From: Bacteroidota bacterium
GTDB taxonomy: Bacteria; Bacteroidota; Ignavibacteria; UBA10030; UBA8401
Assembly (NCBI GenBank): GCA_030824295.1
Contig: JAVBYA010000508.1
Span: 1-40,222 of the forward strand
DNA: 40,222 nucleotides
Direction: 5' to 3'
The notes below the pieces were generated by a model that was not told where the DNA came from, ran no database searches, and worked only from the letters and a program-made list of their open reading frames with translations. The stretch's first letter is position 1. Each line of letters starts with the position of its first letter. Below, piece by piece: positions 8,703 through 21,856 of the stretch. Position numbers and translations under genes: made by a program.

Positions 8703-8785
8703 GGGTAGGTAGCGAAGTGGTTAAACGCAACAGACTGTAAATCTGTCGCCCTCGGGCTTCGGAGGTTCGAATCCTTCCCTACCCA
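8703..8785 (+). tRNA. tRNA-Tyr (anticodon GTA), class II with long variable arm
   Basis: Acceptor GGGTAGG/CCTACCC. Anticodon arm ACAGA-CTGTAAA-TCTGT. 14-nt variable arm. T loop TTCGAAT. Confidence 0.93.
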
Positions 8786-8804
8786 CATTCTTGTGGTAAC
8801 GCTT

Positions 8805-8877
<73 letters not shown>

Positions 8878-8968
8878 CAACACGCTTCACCGGAGTTGAG
8901 GACCTTGCTCGGTCCCCGTCGCCAGCCCTGGACGGATGCCGGCTTGTTCGGTTGGGTTCCTTGAAAAT

Positions 8969-9041
8969 GCGGAAGTAACTCAGTTGGTAGAGTCACAGCC
9001 TTCCAAGCTGTTGGTCGCGGGTTCGAGTCCCGTCTTCCGCT
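8969..9041 (+). tRNA. tRNA-Gly (anticodon TCC)
   Basis: Acceptor GCGGAAG/CTTCCGC. Anticodon arm ACAGC-CTTCCAA-GCTGT. T loop TTCGAGT. Confidence 0.93.
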
Positions 9042-9091
9042 CTGGATCAAATGCATGATGTAGTGAAAGGTTCAAGAAAAAGGATAGAAAA

Positions 9092-9241
9092 ATGAGAGAC
9101 ATTATTACCCTCGAATGCACCGTTTGCAAGGAGCGCAACTACTCCACCACGAAGAACAAGAAGAAGCAGACCAATCGTGTGGAGTATAAGAAGTACTGCC
9201 CCCGCTGCAACAAACACACAATCCACAAAGAAACCAAGTAA
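9092..9241 (+). CDS. rpmG: 50S ribosomal protein L33 (49 aa, zinc-ribbon CxxC...CxxC form)
   Basis: Not in the ORF track because it is under 60 aa. Manual translation: [49 protein letters not shown]. Sits upstream of tRNA-Trp and secE. Confidence 0.9.
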   Translation: MRDIITLECTVCKERNYSTTKNKKKQTNRVEYKKYCPRCNKHTIHKETK

Positions 9242-9248
9242 ATTTCGT

Positions 9249-9321
9249 ACGGGTGTAGCTCAATTGGTAGAGTAGCGGTCTCCAAAACCGTTGGTTGGGG
9301 GTTCGAGTCCCTCCACCCGTG
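9249..9321 (+). tRNA. tRNA-Trp (anticodon CCA)
   Basis: Acceptor ACGGGTG/CACCCGT. Anticodon arm GCGGT-CTCCAAA-ACCGT. T loop TTCGAGT. Classic position upstream of secE. Confidence 0.93.
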
Positions 9322-9340
9322 CAGAAGTATCAAGGTCATT

Positions 9341-9523
9341 ATGAAAGAGAAAATCATCAATTTCTTTACTGACGTCTACAAAGAGATGGGTAAAGTGACG
9401 TGGCCGACCCAAAAAGAGCTCCAGGAGTCGACCTTGGTCGTCCTTGGCGTCTGCGGAGTCATTGCGGCGTTCGTATTCGTCGTGGACTGGATCGTCAGTA
9501 ATGCTATCAAAGGGATCTTCTAA
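9341..9523 (+). CDS. secE: preprotein translocase subunit SecE
   Basis: 60 aa. Reads KVTWPTQKELQESTLVVLGVCGVIAAFVFVVDWI (single TM). Sits immediately upstream of nusG. Confidence 0.9.
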   Translation: MKEKIINFFTDVYKEMGKVTWPTQKELQESTLVVLGVCGVIAAFVFVVDWIVSNAIKGIF

Positions 9524-10084
9524 GTGGTGGACTCAGCCGTAATACATCGTTGGTATGTCGTTCGGACCTATTCGGGCCACGAGAACAAGGTGAAACTTGC
9601 TATCGAGAACGAATCGAAGGAGCTGGGCCTGTCCGAAAAGATCACGCGCATCATGATCCCGGCAGAAAAGATCTTCGAAGTGAAGGATGGAAAGAAGAAG
9701 AGCAAAACGAAGAATTTCTTCCCCGGTTATATCCTGGTCGAAGCGATCCTGGACGAAAAAACGAAGCATTTGATCCTGAATACCCCGTCAGTGCTGAGTT
9801 TTGTGGGAACAAAGGACCGTCCGGTACCGCTGCAGCCCGATGAAGTGAAGCGTCTTATCGGTAAGATCGAAGAGAAGAAAGAGGACGGCACTGAGGTTGA
9901 GCGCATCGAGATCCCGTTCCATATCGGGGAACCGGTGAAGATCATCAGCGGGCAGTTCCATAACTTCACCGGATTCGTGCAGGAGATCAATGCAGAGAAG
10001 CTCCGGTTGAAGGTGATGGTGAGCATTTTCGGGCGTAAAACGCCGATCGAGCTCGATTTCAGTCAAGTGGAAGTGGAAAAATAA
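9524..10084 (+). CDS. nusG: transcription termination/antitermination factor NusG
   Basis: GTG start abuts the secE stop. Contains WYVVRTYSGHENKV and a C-terminal KOW-like GEPVKIISGQFHNFTGFVQEI. Confidence 0.95.
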   Translation: MVDSAVIHRWYVVRTYSGHENKVKLAIENESKELGLSEKITRIMIPAEKIFEVKDGKKKSKTKNFFPGYILVEAILDEKTKHLILNTPSVLSFVGTKDRPVPLQPDEVKRLIGKIEEKKEDGTEVERIEIPFHIGEPVKIISGQFHNFTGFVQEINAEKLRLKVMVSIFGRKTPIELDFSQVEVEK

Positions 10085-10114
10085 TCTATTAAAATCATTA
10101 CCTAGAGAATCACT

Positions 10115-10540
10115 ATGGCAAAGAAAGTCGTTGGCTTTATCAAGTTGCAAATTCCCGCCGGTGCAGCGAATCCTGCTCCTCCGGTCGGTCCCGCGCTCGG
10201 TCAAAAGGGCGTGAACATCATGGAATTCTGTAAGCAGTTCAATGCCCGCACACAGGCGCAGGCAGGACTGATCATTCCGGTGGTGATCACGGTCTTCTCC
10301 GACAAATCATTCACGTTCATCACCAAGACCCCGCCCGCCGCCGTGCTGCTCGTCCGCGCTGCGAAGGTGCAGAAGGGTTCCGGCGAACCGAACCGTGTGA
10401 AGGTCGGCAAAGTGACCCGCGCTCAGGTGAAGGAGATCGCCACCATGAAGATGCCCGATCTGAACACGACGGATATCGAATCGGCGATGAGCATGATCGA
10501 AGGAACGGCAAAGAGTCTCGGTATCAACATCGAAGGTTAA
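10115..10540 (+). CDS. rplK: 50S ribosomal protein L11
   Basis: [43 protein letters not shown]. Confidence 0.97.
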   Translation: MAKKVVGFIKLQIPAGAANPAPPVGPALGQKGVNIMEFCKQFNARTQAQAGLIIPVVITVFSDKSFTFITKTPPAAVLLVRAAKVQKGSGEPNRVKVGKVTRAQVKEIATMKMPDLNTTDIESAMSMIEGTAKSLGINIEG

Positions 10541-10602
10541 TCAATCGCAAACAGTGGGAGTTACGCCCTTGTGCGTGACGTTCGGACCACAGAGGAGAAC
10601 AC

Positions 10603-11295
10603 ATGGCTTACGGTAAGAAGTACAAGAATGCTGCAAAGAAAGTCGACGCACACAAGCTGTACTCGGTGGACGAGGCAATGGCGGTGGTGAAAGAGACCGC
10701 GTCGGCAAAGTTCGTCGAATCAGTTGACATTGCTGTCCGTCTCGGCGTTGATCCGAAGAAGGCCGATCAGGCCGTCCGCGGAACAGTGGCCCTGCCGCAT
10801 GGTATCGGTAAATCGGTCCGCGTGCTCGTGATGGCAAAAGCGCCGAAGGATGCAGAAGCGAAAGCAGCCGGTGCCGATCATGCCGGTCTGGAAGAATATG
10901 TGGAAAAGATCAAAGGCGGCTGGGCGGATATCGATGTCATCATCGCAACGCCGGACGTCATGGTGGAAGTAGGGAAGCTCGGAAAGATCCTCGGACCCCG
11001 CGGCCTGATGCCGAATCCGAAGAGCGGCACAGTGACGCTGGATGTTGCTACGGCAGTGAAGGAAGTGAAGGCCGGTAAGATCGAATTCCGTGTCGACAAA
11101 GCAGGCGTCGTGCATGCCACGGTCGGCAAAGTGAGTTTTGATGCAGTGAAACTCGCAGAGAACGTGAAAGCGTTCCTCACCACGGTCGGAAAACTGAAAC
11201 CGTCGACCTCCAAAGGACAGTACGTGAAGAGCATTTTCGTATCGTCGACCATGGGACCGAGCGTGCAGATCGACCGTACGGTCGTCCAGTCCTGA
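10603..11295 (+). CDS. rplA: 50S ribosomal protein L1
   Basis: 230 aa. Contains [27 protein letters not shown]. Synteny rplK-rplA-rplJ-rplL. Confidence 0.96.
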   Translation: MAYGKKYKNAAKKVDAHKLYSVDEAMAVVKETASAKFVESVDIAVRLGVDPKKADQAVRGTVALPHGIGKSVRVLVMAKAPKDAEAKAAGADHAGLEEYVEKIKGGWADIDVIIATPDVMVEVGKLGKILGPRGLMPNPKSGTVTLDVATAVKEVKAGKIEFRVDKAGVVHATVGKVSFDAVKLAENVKAFLTTVGKLKPSTSKGQYVKSIFVSSTMGPSVQIDRTVVQS

Positions 11296-11332
11296 TCACC
11301 AAGAATTTACGCACTCACTATCTCAATAACCT

Positions 11333-11372
11333 GATATGATGCCCTGTGTGAACGGGGGCTTCTCATCGTATC
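11333..11372 (+). promoter_or_regulatory. candidate structured leader upstream of rplJ (possible L10/L12 autoregulatory site)
   Basis: 9-bp stem GATATGATG (11333-11341) pairs with CATCGTATC (11364-11372), with one G-U pair. It encloses an inner GCCC...GGGC hairpin. It lies in the 101-nt rplA-rplJ spacer. Confidence 0.3.
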
Positions 11373-11396
11373 ACTAAGACGAAAAAGTAGTCACTC

Positions 11397-11918
11397 ATGA
11401 ACAAATCAGAGAAAGAACAGATTGTCGCTGAGATCCAGGAATTGGTCTCCAAAGCGCAGGGAATGTTCTTTACTGATTTTGCGGGAATCAATGTGGAGGA
11501 GATCACCAAACTCCGTAACGAATTCCGTAAATCCGGTATCGAATATAGGGTCGTGAAGAACACGCTCGCGAAGAAGGCATTGCAGAATGTCACCGGGTAC
11601 GACAAGGTCTATGATAAGCTTGTCGGACCGACGGGTATCGCGTTCGCGTACACCGACGCTGCAGCACCGGCAAAGATCATTCAAAAGTTCAAAGAGAAGA
11701 ACGAGAAATTCTCGGTCAAGGTTTGCGTTGTCGAGCACCAGGTGTACGACGGTTCCAAGTTGAAGGAACTGGCTGCACTGCCCTCGCGTCCGGAGATCGT
11801 GGCAAGCATTCTCGGTTCCATCAACGCTCCCGTTTCCGGTATCGTCGGCTCGCTCAATGCCGTCATCCGCGATGTGGTCGGCGTTCTCGATGCTATTGAA
11901 AAGAAAAAAGCCGCGTGA
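11397..11918 (+). CDS. rplJ: 50S ribosomal protein L10
   Basis: 173 aa. MNKSEKEQIVAEIQELVSKAQGMFFTDFAGINVEEITKLRNEFRK. Confidence 0.95.
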   Translation: MNKSEKEQIVAEIQELVSKAQGMFFTDFAGINVEEITKLRNEFRKSGIEYRVVKNTLAKKALQNVTGYDKVYDKLVGPTGIAFAYTDAAAPAKIIQKFKEKNEKFSVKVCVVEHQVYDGSKLKELAALPSRPEIVASILGSINAPVSGIVGSLNAVIRDVVGVLDAIEKKKAA

Positions 11919-11977
11919 TGTTCCACCACTAATGAATGTAGTTAATTAAAAACAGAGAGAACAAAGGAGATACAACA

Positions 11978-12352
11978 ATGTCAGTCGTCGCAGAATTGGT
12001 AGAAAAGATCGAAAAGCTCACCCTCCTCGAAGCAGTTGAGCTCAAGAAAGCATTGGAAGAGAAGTTCGGCGTGTCCGCAGCCGCTCCGGTCATGATGGCC
12101 GCAGCACCGGCAGCCGGCGCAGCACCTGCAGCGGAAGCACAGACCGAGTTCACGGTCGAACTGACCGAAGGCGGCGCAGCGAAGATCAACGTGATCAAAG
12201 TGGTCCGCGAAGCGACCGGTCTCGGCTTGAAAGAAGCCAAGGACCTCGTCGACGGTGCACCGAAGGTCGTCAAAGAAGGCCTCAACAAGGCAGATGCAGA
12301 TGCATTGAAGAAGAAACTCGAAGAAGCCGGTGCAAAGGTTGCGCTGAAGTAA
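11978..12352 (+). CDS. rplL: 50S ribosomal protein L7/L12
   Basis: 124 aa. Ala/Pro hinge [15 protein letters not shown]-terminal domain [28 protein letters not shown]. Confidence 0.97.
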   Translation: MSVVAELVEKIEKLTLLEAVELKKALEEKFGVSAAAPVMMAAAPAAGAAPAAEAQTEFTVELTEGGAAKINVIKVVREATGLGLKEAKDLVDGAPKVVKEGLNKADADALKKKLEEAGAKVALK

Positions 12353-12415
12353 TTCTTCCGGAACTGATTCAAAACTCTGTAATGTCACATATCGCACATT
12401 CGAGAGATAACTGAA

Positions 12416-12476
12416 AAACCACAAGCCGATAGTCACGGGGTGAAAACAACGGGACGTCGGCTTGTGGTTTCTTTTG
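12416..12476 (+). terminator. rplL-rpoB intergenic attenuator or intrinsic terminator hairpin
   Basis: AAACCACAAGCCGA (12416-12429) pairs with TCGGCTTGTGGTTT (12457-12470), followed by CTTTTGT. The position matches the well-known partial terminator between rplL and rpoB. Confidence 0.6.
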
Positions 12477-12607
12477 TCTGCACTGTGCAACGGCGCTCCG
12501 AATCCCTCAAAACAGCCGAAAATCGAAGATCCATGACCTTCCATCGCTCCGCGTCGGCGGGTCGCCACCACTAACCAGCATCATCATCAGGATCACGTCC
12601 TGAAGGA

Positions 12608-15600
12608 GTGATTGAGTTGAAGAGCCAATCCCGATTGCATCTCGACCAGAAGACCGGTCGCTATAGCTTTGCAAACATCAACGAAGTCGTCGAATATCCC
12701 GATCTGCTCAACGTGCAGATCGAATCCTTTGAACTGTTCCTGCAGGAGAAGACCGCACCGTCCAAACGGAAGAACCGCGGTCTGCAGCAGGTGTTCCTCC
12801 AGAACTTTCCCATCACCGATACCCGCGAGAACTTCCTCTTGGAGTTCGTGGAGTACTACGTCGAAAAGGCGAAGTATACGGTGCGCGAATGCCAGGAGCG
12901 CGGACTGACCTATGCCGTTCCGCTCAAAGCGAAACTGCGCCTCTCCCAGAAAGCGGAGAACGGCGAAGGATATACCGACACCATCGAGGATGTCGTGTAC
13001 CTCGGCAATCTGCCGTACATGACCGATCGCGGAACCTTCATCATCAACGGCGCCGAGCGCGTCATCGTCAGTCAGCTCCACCGTTCGCCGGGCGTCTTCT
13101 TCAGTGAATCGACCCATCCGAACGGAACCCCCATCTAGTCCGCACGCATCATCCCGTTCCGCGGTTCGTGGGTGGAGTTCGCCACGGACATCAACAATGT
13201 GATGTACGCGTACATCGACCGTAAGAAGAAATTCCCCGTCACCACACTGCTCCGTGCGCTCGGATATTCGTCCGACGACGAGATCATGGAACTCTTCAAC
13301 CTCGTGGAAGAGGTGAAGGTCGCGGACATCGATCTGAAGGACTATGTCGGCCGCATCATCTGCGGTGATGTGGTGGACCGGAAGACGGGCGAGATCATCA
13401 TCAACAAGGATACGCTCGTCACGGAAGATACCGTGAAGAAGATCAAGAAGTCGGAGATCAAGAAGATCCGCTTCCTGAAATCCGAAGAGCCGGGCAACCG
13501 CTCCGTCATCGCGAACACCATCATGAAGGATGCGGTGCACAGCGAAGAGGATGCGCTCGAGACCATCTACCGCCAGCTCCGTTCCGGCGATGCACCGGAC
13601 CTCGATACCGCCAAGAGCCTCATCGACAAATTGTTCTTCAATCCGAAACGGTACGACCTCGGCGATGTGGGCCGTCACCGCATCAATGCGAAACTGAAAC
13701 TGGACATCGATGAGAACACCACCACGCTGACCAAAGAGGATATCATCGCCATCATCCGGTACCTGCTCGATCTGAAGCAGGGAAAGACATCGGTGGACGA
13801 TATCGATCATCTTGGCAACCGCCGTATCCGTACGGTCGGTGAACAGATCGCTGCACAGTTCAACATCGGTCTTGCCCGCATGACACGCACCATCCGCGAA
13901 CGTCTCAACGTCCGCGATCAGGAGAAGATCGCCCCGGGCGACCTCGTCAATGCACGCACCATCACCAGCGTCATTAACACGTTCTTCGGCACCAATCAGC
14001 TGTCGCAGTATATGGACCAGACCAATCCTCTGGCCGAACTGACCAACAAGCGCCGTATGTCGGCTCTTGGACCGGGCGGTCTTACACGCGAGCGCGCCGG
14101 TTTCGAGGTGCGCGACGTGCATTATACTCACTACGGCCGTCTCTGCCCGATCGAAACGCCCGAAGGTCCGAACATCGGTCTTATCTCCTCGCTTTCCATG
14201 CATGCCAAAGTGAACGAGTACGGTTTCCTGGAGACCCCGTACCGCGTCGTGAAGAAGGGGAAAGTAACGGATGAGATCGAGTTCCTGAACGCGGAAAAAG
14301 AGGACGAATTCACCATCGCACAGGCGAACGCTCCGATCGATGAAAAAGGGAAGTTCCTCACCGAAAAGGTGCAGGGTCGGAAAGCCGGCGATTTCGTCGT
14401 GCAGTCCCCGGATGAGATGCAGTATATGGACGTTGCGCCGACGCAGATCGTCAGTGCCGCCGCCGCGCTCATCCCGTTCCTCGAGCACGATGACGCGAAC
14501 CGCGCACTGATGGGTTCAAACATGCAGCGCCAGGCGGTGCCGTTGCTCCGCCCGCAGGCTCCGATCGTCGGCACAGGTCTCGAGCAGAAGATCGCCCGCG
14601 ACTCCCGCACCTGCATCATCGCGGAACGCGCCGGTGTCGTTGAGAACGTTTCCGGCGAGAAGATCACCGTGCTGTACGATATCGACGAGGACAACGTCGA
14701 ACAGCTCGTCAGCTTCGAGGATAAACGCCGCGTGGAATACCGTCTGGTGAAATTCTTCCGGACGAACCAGGACACCGGCCTCAATCAGAAACCGATCGTC
14801 ATTCCCGGTCAGCGCTTCAAGAAGGGCGATGTGCTCGCCGACGGCTGCGCGACCGATCAGGGTGAACTTGCACTCGGACGCAACCTGCTCGTGGCATTCA
14901 TGCCGTGGCGCGGTTATAACTTCGAAGATGCTATCATCATGAACGAACGCATCGTTGCCGAGGATGTCTTCACCTCCGTGCATATCGAGGAGTTCGAACT
15001 GCAGGTCCGCGACACCAAACGCGGTGAAGAGGAACTCACCCGTGAGATCCCGAACGTCAGCGAAGAGGCCACCAAGGACCTCGACGAGAACGGTATCATC
15101 CGTATCGGTGCTGAAGTGAAGGAAGGGGACATCCTCATCGGCAAGATCACGCCGAAAGGCGAGACCGATCCGACACCGGAAGAGAAATTGCTCAAAGCCA
15201 TCTTCGGCGACAAGGCCGGCGATGTGAAGGATGCATCGTTGAAAGCGCCGCCGGGCATGAAAGGCATCGTCATTTCGACGAAGCTCTTCAGCCGCAAGAA
15301 GAAGGATGCGGACACGAAGAAGGATGACAAGAAGCGCCTCGACCTGCTCGAGAAGATGCACAAGCAGAACGTCGATACACATTACGAGAAGCTCGCACGC
15401 AAACTCGGCCTGCTGCTGGACGGTGAGAAATCTGCCGGCGTCCGTAATCTGGACGGCGACATGGTCTTCCGCAGCGGCACCCAGTTCAAGATGGAAACAT
15501 TCGTCGGATACGATAAACTGGACAAACTCGATCCGAAGAACGATTGGGTGGACGAGAAGCGGAAGAACAATCTCATCGAGAAGATCTATCAGAACTACTT

Positions 15601-16405
15601 CGATACGCTGAACCATATCGAAGAAGCATTCAAGCACGAGAAGAACAAGATCACCATCGGCGATGAATTGCCGCCCGGTATCGTGCAGCTCGCCAAGGTC
15701 TATGTCGCCAAGAAGCGCAAGCTCTCCGTCGGTGATAAGATGGCAGGCCGCCACGGAAACAAGGGTGTCGTTGCTGCCGTTGTTCCCGCAGAGGATATGC
15801 CGTTCCTTCCGGACGGCCGCTCGGTGGACATCGTGCTCAACCCGCTCGGCGTTCCGTCCCGTATGAACATTGGTCAGCTCTTCGAGACCGCGCTCGGATG
15901 GGCCGGTAAAGCACTCGGCATCAAATACGCCACTCCGATCTTCGACGGCGCAAGCTGGGAAGATGTTCAGGAAGAATTGAAGAAGGCGAACCTCAATGTG
16001 GATTCCCGCAGCACGCTGCTGGACGGCCGCACCGGGGAGACCTTCGATCAGCAGGTGACCGTCGGACAGATCTACATGCTGAAACTGTCCCACTTGGTCG
16101 ACGATAAGATCCACGCCCGGTCCATCGGACCGTACTCCCTCATCACGCAGCAGCCGTTGGGCGGCAAAGCTCAGTTCGGCGGACAGCGCTTCGGTGAGAT
16201 GGAAGTGTGGGCCCTCCAGGCCTACGGTGCGGCGCATGTCCTGCAGGAGATCCTCACGGTCAAGTCGGACGACGTGATGGGCCGCGCAAAGGTGTACGAA
16301 GCCATCGTCAAGGGGGACAACCAGCCGGAAGCGAATATTCCGGAGTCCTTCAACGTGCTCGTGCGCGAGTTGCAGGGGCTGGGTCTTGAAGTGAAAATTG
16401 ACTAA
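12608..16405 (+). CDS. rpoB: DNA-directed RNA polymerase beta subunit, reading frame interrupted by one in-frame TAG at 13136-13138
   Basis: ORFs 12608..13138 and 13172..16405 share a frame (both are 2 mod 3). The joined product is 1265 codons and collinear with Bacteroidota-type RpoB ([44 protein letters not shown]). Start is GTG 12608 or in-frame TTG 12617. Confidence 0.9.
13136..13138 (+). other. in-frame amber codon inside rpoB, at the position of a conserved Tyr
   Basis: Read directly: ATC TAG TCC GCA CGC. See findings. Confidence 0.9.
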
Positions 16406-16416
16406 GTAAATGGAGT

Positions 16417-16440
16417 GACGGCCGGAATCTTCCGGCCGTC
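16417..16440 (+). promoter_or_regulatory. perfect GC-rich palindrome/hairpin in the rpoB-rpoC spacer
   Basis: GACGGCCGGAATCTTCCGGCCGTC. About 9-10 bp can pair around a 4-6 nt loop. No U-tract follows. Confidence 0.5.
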
Positions 16441-16468
16441 CACGAACATAAAATGGAGAGTCGAATCT

Positions 16469-20773
<4,305 letters not shown>

Positions 20774-20781
20774 TCGTATGA

Positions 20782-20813
20782 CCGGGGGCAGGGATCAAAA
20801 TTCTTTCCCCCGG
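20782..20813 (+). terminator. hairpin after rpoC (CCGGGGG ... CCCCCGG), weak terminator candidate
   Basis: 7-bp GC stem with an 18-nt loop, 9 nt after the rpoC stop. No U-tract follows. Confidence 0.35.
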
Positions 20814-20816
20814 CAT

Positions 20817-20845
20817 TTGACAAAATCTTTTTTTTTCGCTATATT
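20817..20845 (+). promoter_or_regulatory. consensus sigma-70-type promoter upstream of rpsL (TTGACA, 17 nt spacer, TATATT)
   Basis: TTGACA at 20817-20822. The 17-nt spacer contains a T9 run. TATATT at 20840-20845, 56 nt upstream of the rpsL start. Confidence 0.6.
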
Positions 20846-20900
20846 GAAAGACTTAAAAAAGACTTAATATTCACCATATTTTTTAACTGGAGTACGTAGT

Positions 20901-21272
20901 TTGCCTACGATTAATCAATTAGTTAGACTCGGTCGTGAGAATCTTGCAGTAAAGAGCAAATCTCCGGCGCTGGAAGGCAATCCGCAGAAACGCGGTGTGT
21001 GCACGAGAGTGTATACCACAACGCCGAAAAAACCGAACTCAGCGCTTCGTAAAGTTGCACGTGTGCGTTTAACAAACCACATCGAGGTAACCGCTTACAT
21101 TCCCGGTGAAGGTCATAATCTGCAGGAGCATTCCATCGTAATGATCCGCGGCGGTCGTGTAAAGGATTTGCCTGGTGTGCGTTACCACATTATTCGTGGC
21201 ACGCTCGACACGCAAGGTGTTCAAGATCGTAAACAGGCCCGTTCTAAATACGGCGCAAAACGACCCAAATAA
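20901..21272 (+). CDS. rpsL: 30S ribosomal protein S12
   Basis: TTG start after GGAG (20889-20892). [13 protein letters not shown]...[16 protein letters not shown]. Confidence 0.97.
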   Translation: MPTINQLVRLGRENLAVKSKSPALEGNPQKRGVCTRVYTTTPKKPNSALRKVARVRLTNHIEVTAYIPGEGHNLQEHSIVMIRGGRVKDLPGVRYHIIRGTLDTQGVQDRKQARSKYGAKRPK

Positions 21273-21295
21273 TCATAGATTTTTGACCTTTACCA

Positions 21296-21766
21296 ATGAG
21301 AAAAAAGCACGCTTCGAAACGTATCGCCACCATTGACCCGAAATTTGGGGATGTTCTCGTCAATCGCTTCATCAATAACATCATGAAGGACGGCAAAAAG
21401 CATCGCGCTCAAACCATTCTGTATGATGCTATCGAGATCATCGGCGATCGCACCAAGAACGCCAATCCTATCGAAGTATTCAAAAAAGCAGTTCATAACG
21501 TCTCTCCGGTCATTGAGATCCGTGCGCGGAGAGTCGGCGGAGCAACCTATCAGGTTCCTACAGAAGTTCGTCCCGAACGGCGAACCGCTCTCGCAATTCG
21601 TTGGTTGATCAACTATTCGTCTGAACGTTCGGACAAGTCGATGTCCTTGAAGCTGGCCGCTGAATTCATTGCAGCAGCCAATGGCGAGGGCAATGCGGTG
21701 AAGAAGAAAGAAGATACTCACCGTATGGCTGAAGCTAACAAAGCGTTTGCCCACTTCAAGTGGTAA
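21296..21766 (+). CDS. rpsG: 30S ribosomal protein S7
   Basis: 156 aa. DPKFGDVLVNRFINNIMKDGKK..VEIRARRVGGATYQVP. Confidence 0.97.
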   Translation: MRKKHASKRIATIDPKFGDVLVNRFINNIMKDGKKHRAQTILYDAIEIIGDRTKNANPIEVFKKAVHNVSPVIEIRARRVGGATYQVPTEVRPERRTALAIRWLINYSSERSDKSMSLKLAAEFIAAANGEGNAVKKKEDTHRMAEANKAFAHFKW

Positions 21767-21856
21767 ACGGTCTTTCTTAAAGACTTTACACTCTTATTTA
21801 TTCGATTCTTGCCCTGCAGCGGTCTATTTTGTCCGCTTTAGAGCCCTAGGAAAAGT

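Noticed and set aside
13136-13138. Genome-wide reassignment of TAG to a sense codon
   Set aside because: TAG ends rpoC (20771-20773) and rpsJ (25586-25588) at positions consistent with homologue C-termini. No other gene in the window contains an internal TAG.
13139-13171. rpoB as a naturally split gene (two polypeptides) with a restart at GTG 13172
   Set aside because: A restart would delete the conserved [11 protein letters not shown] segment. There is no Shine-Dalgarno sequence before 13172. The two parts are in the same frame and separated by a single codon change, which fits a point nonsense change or an error better.
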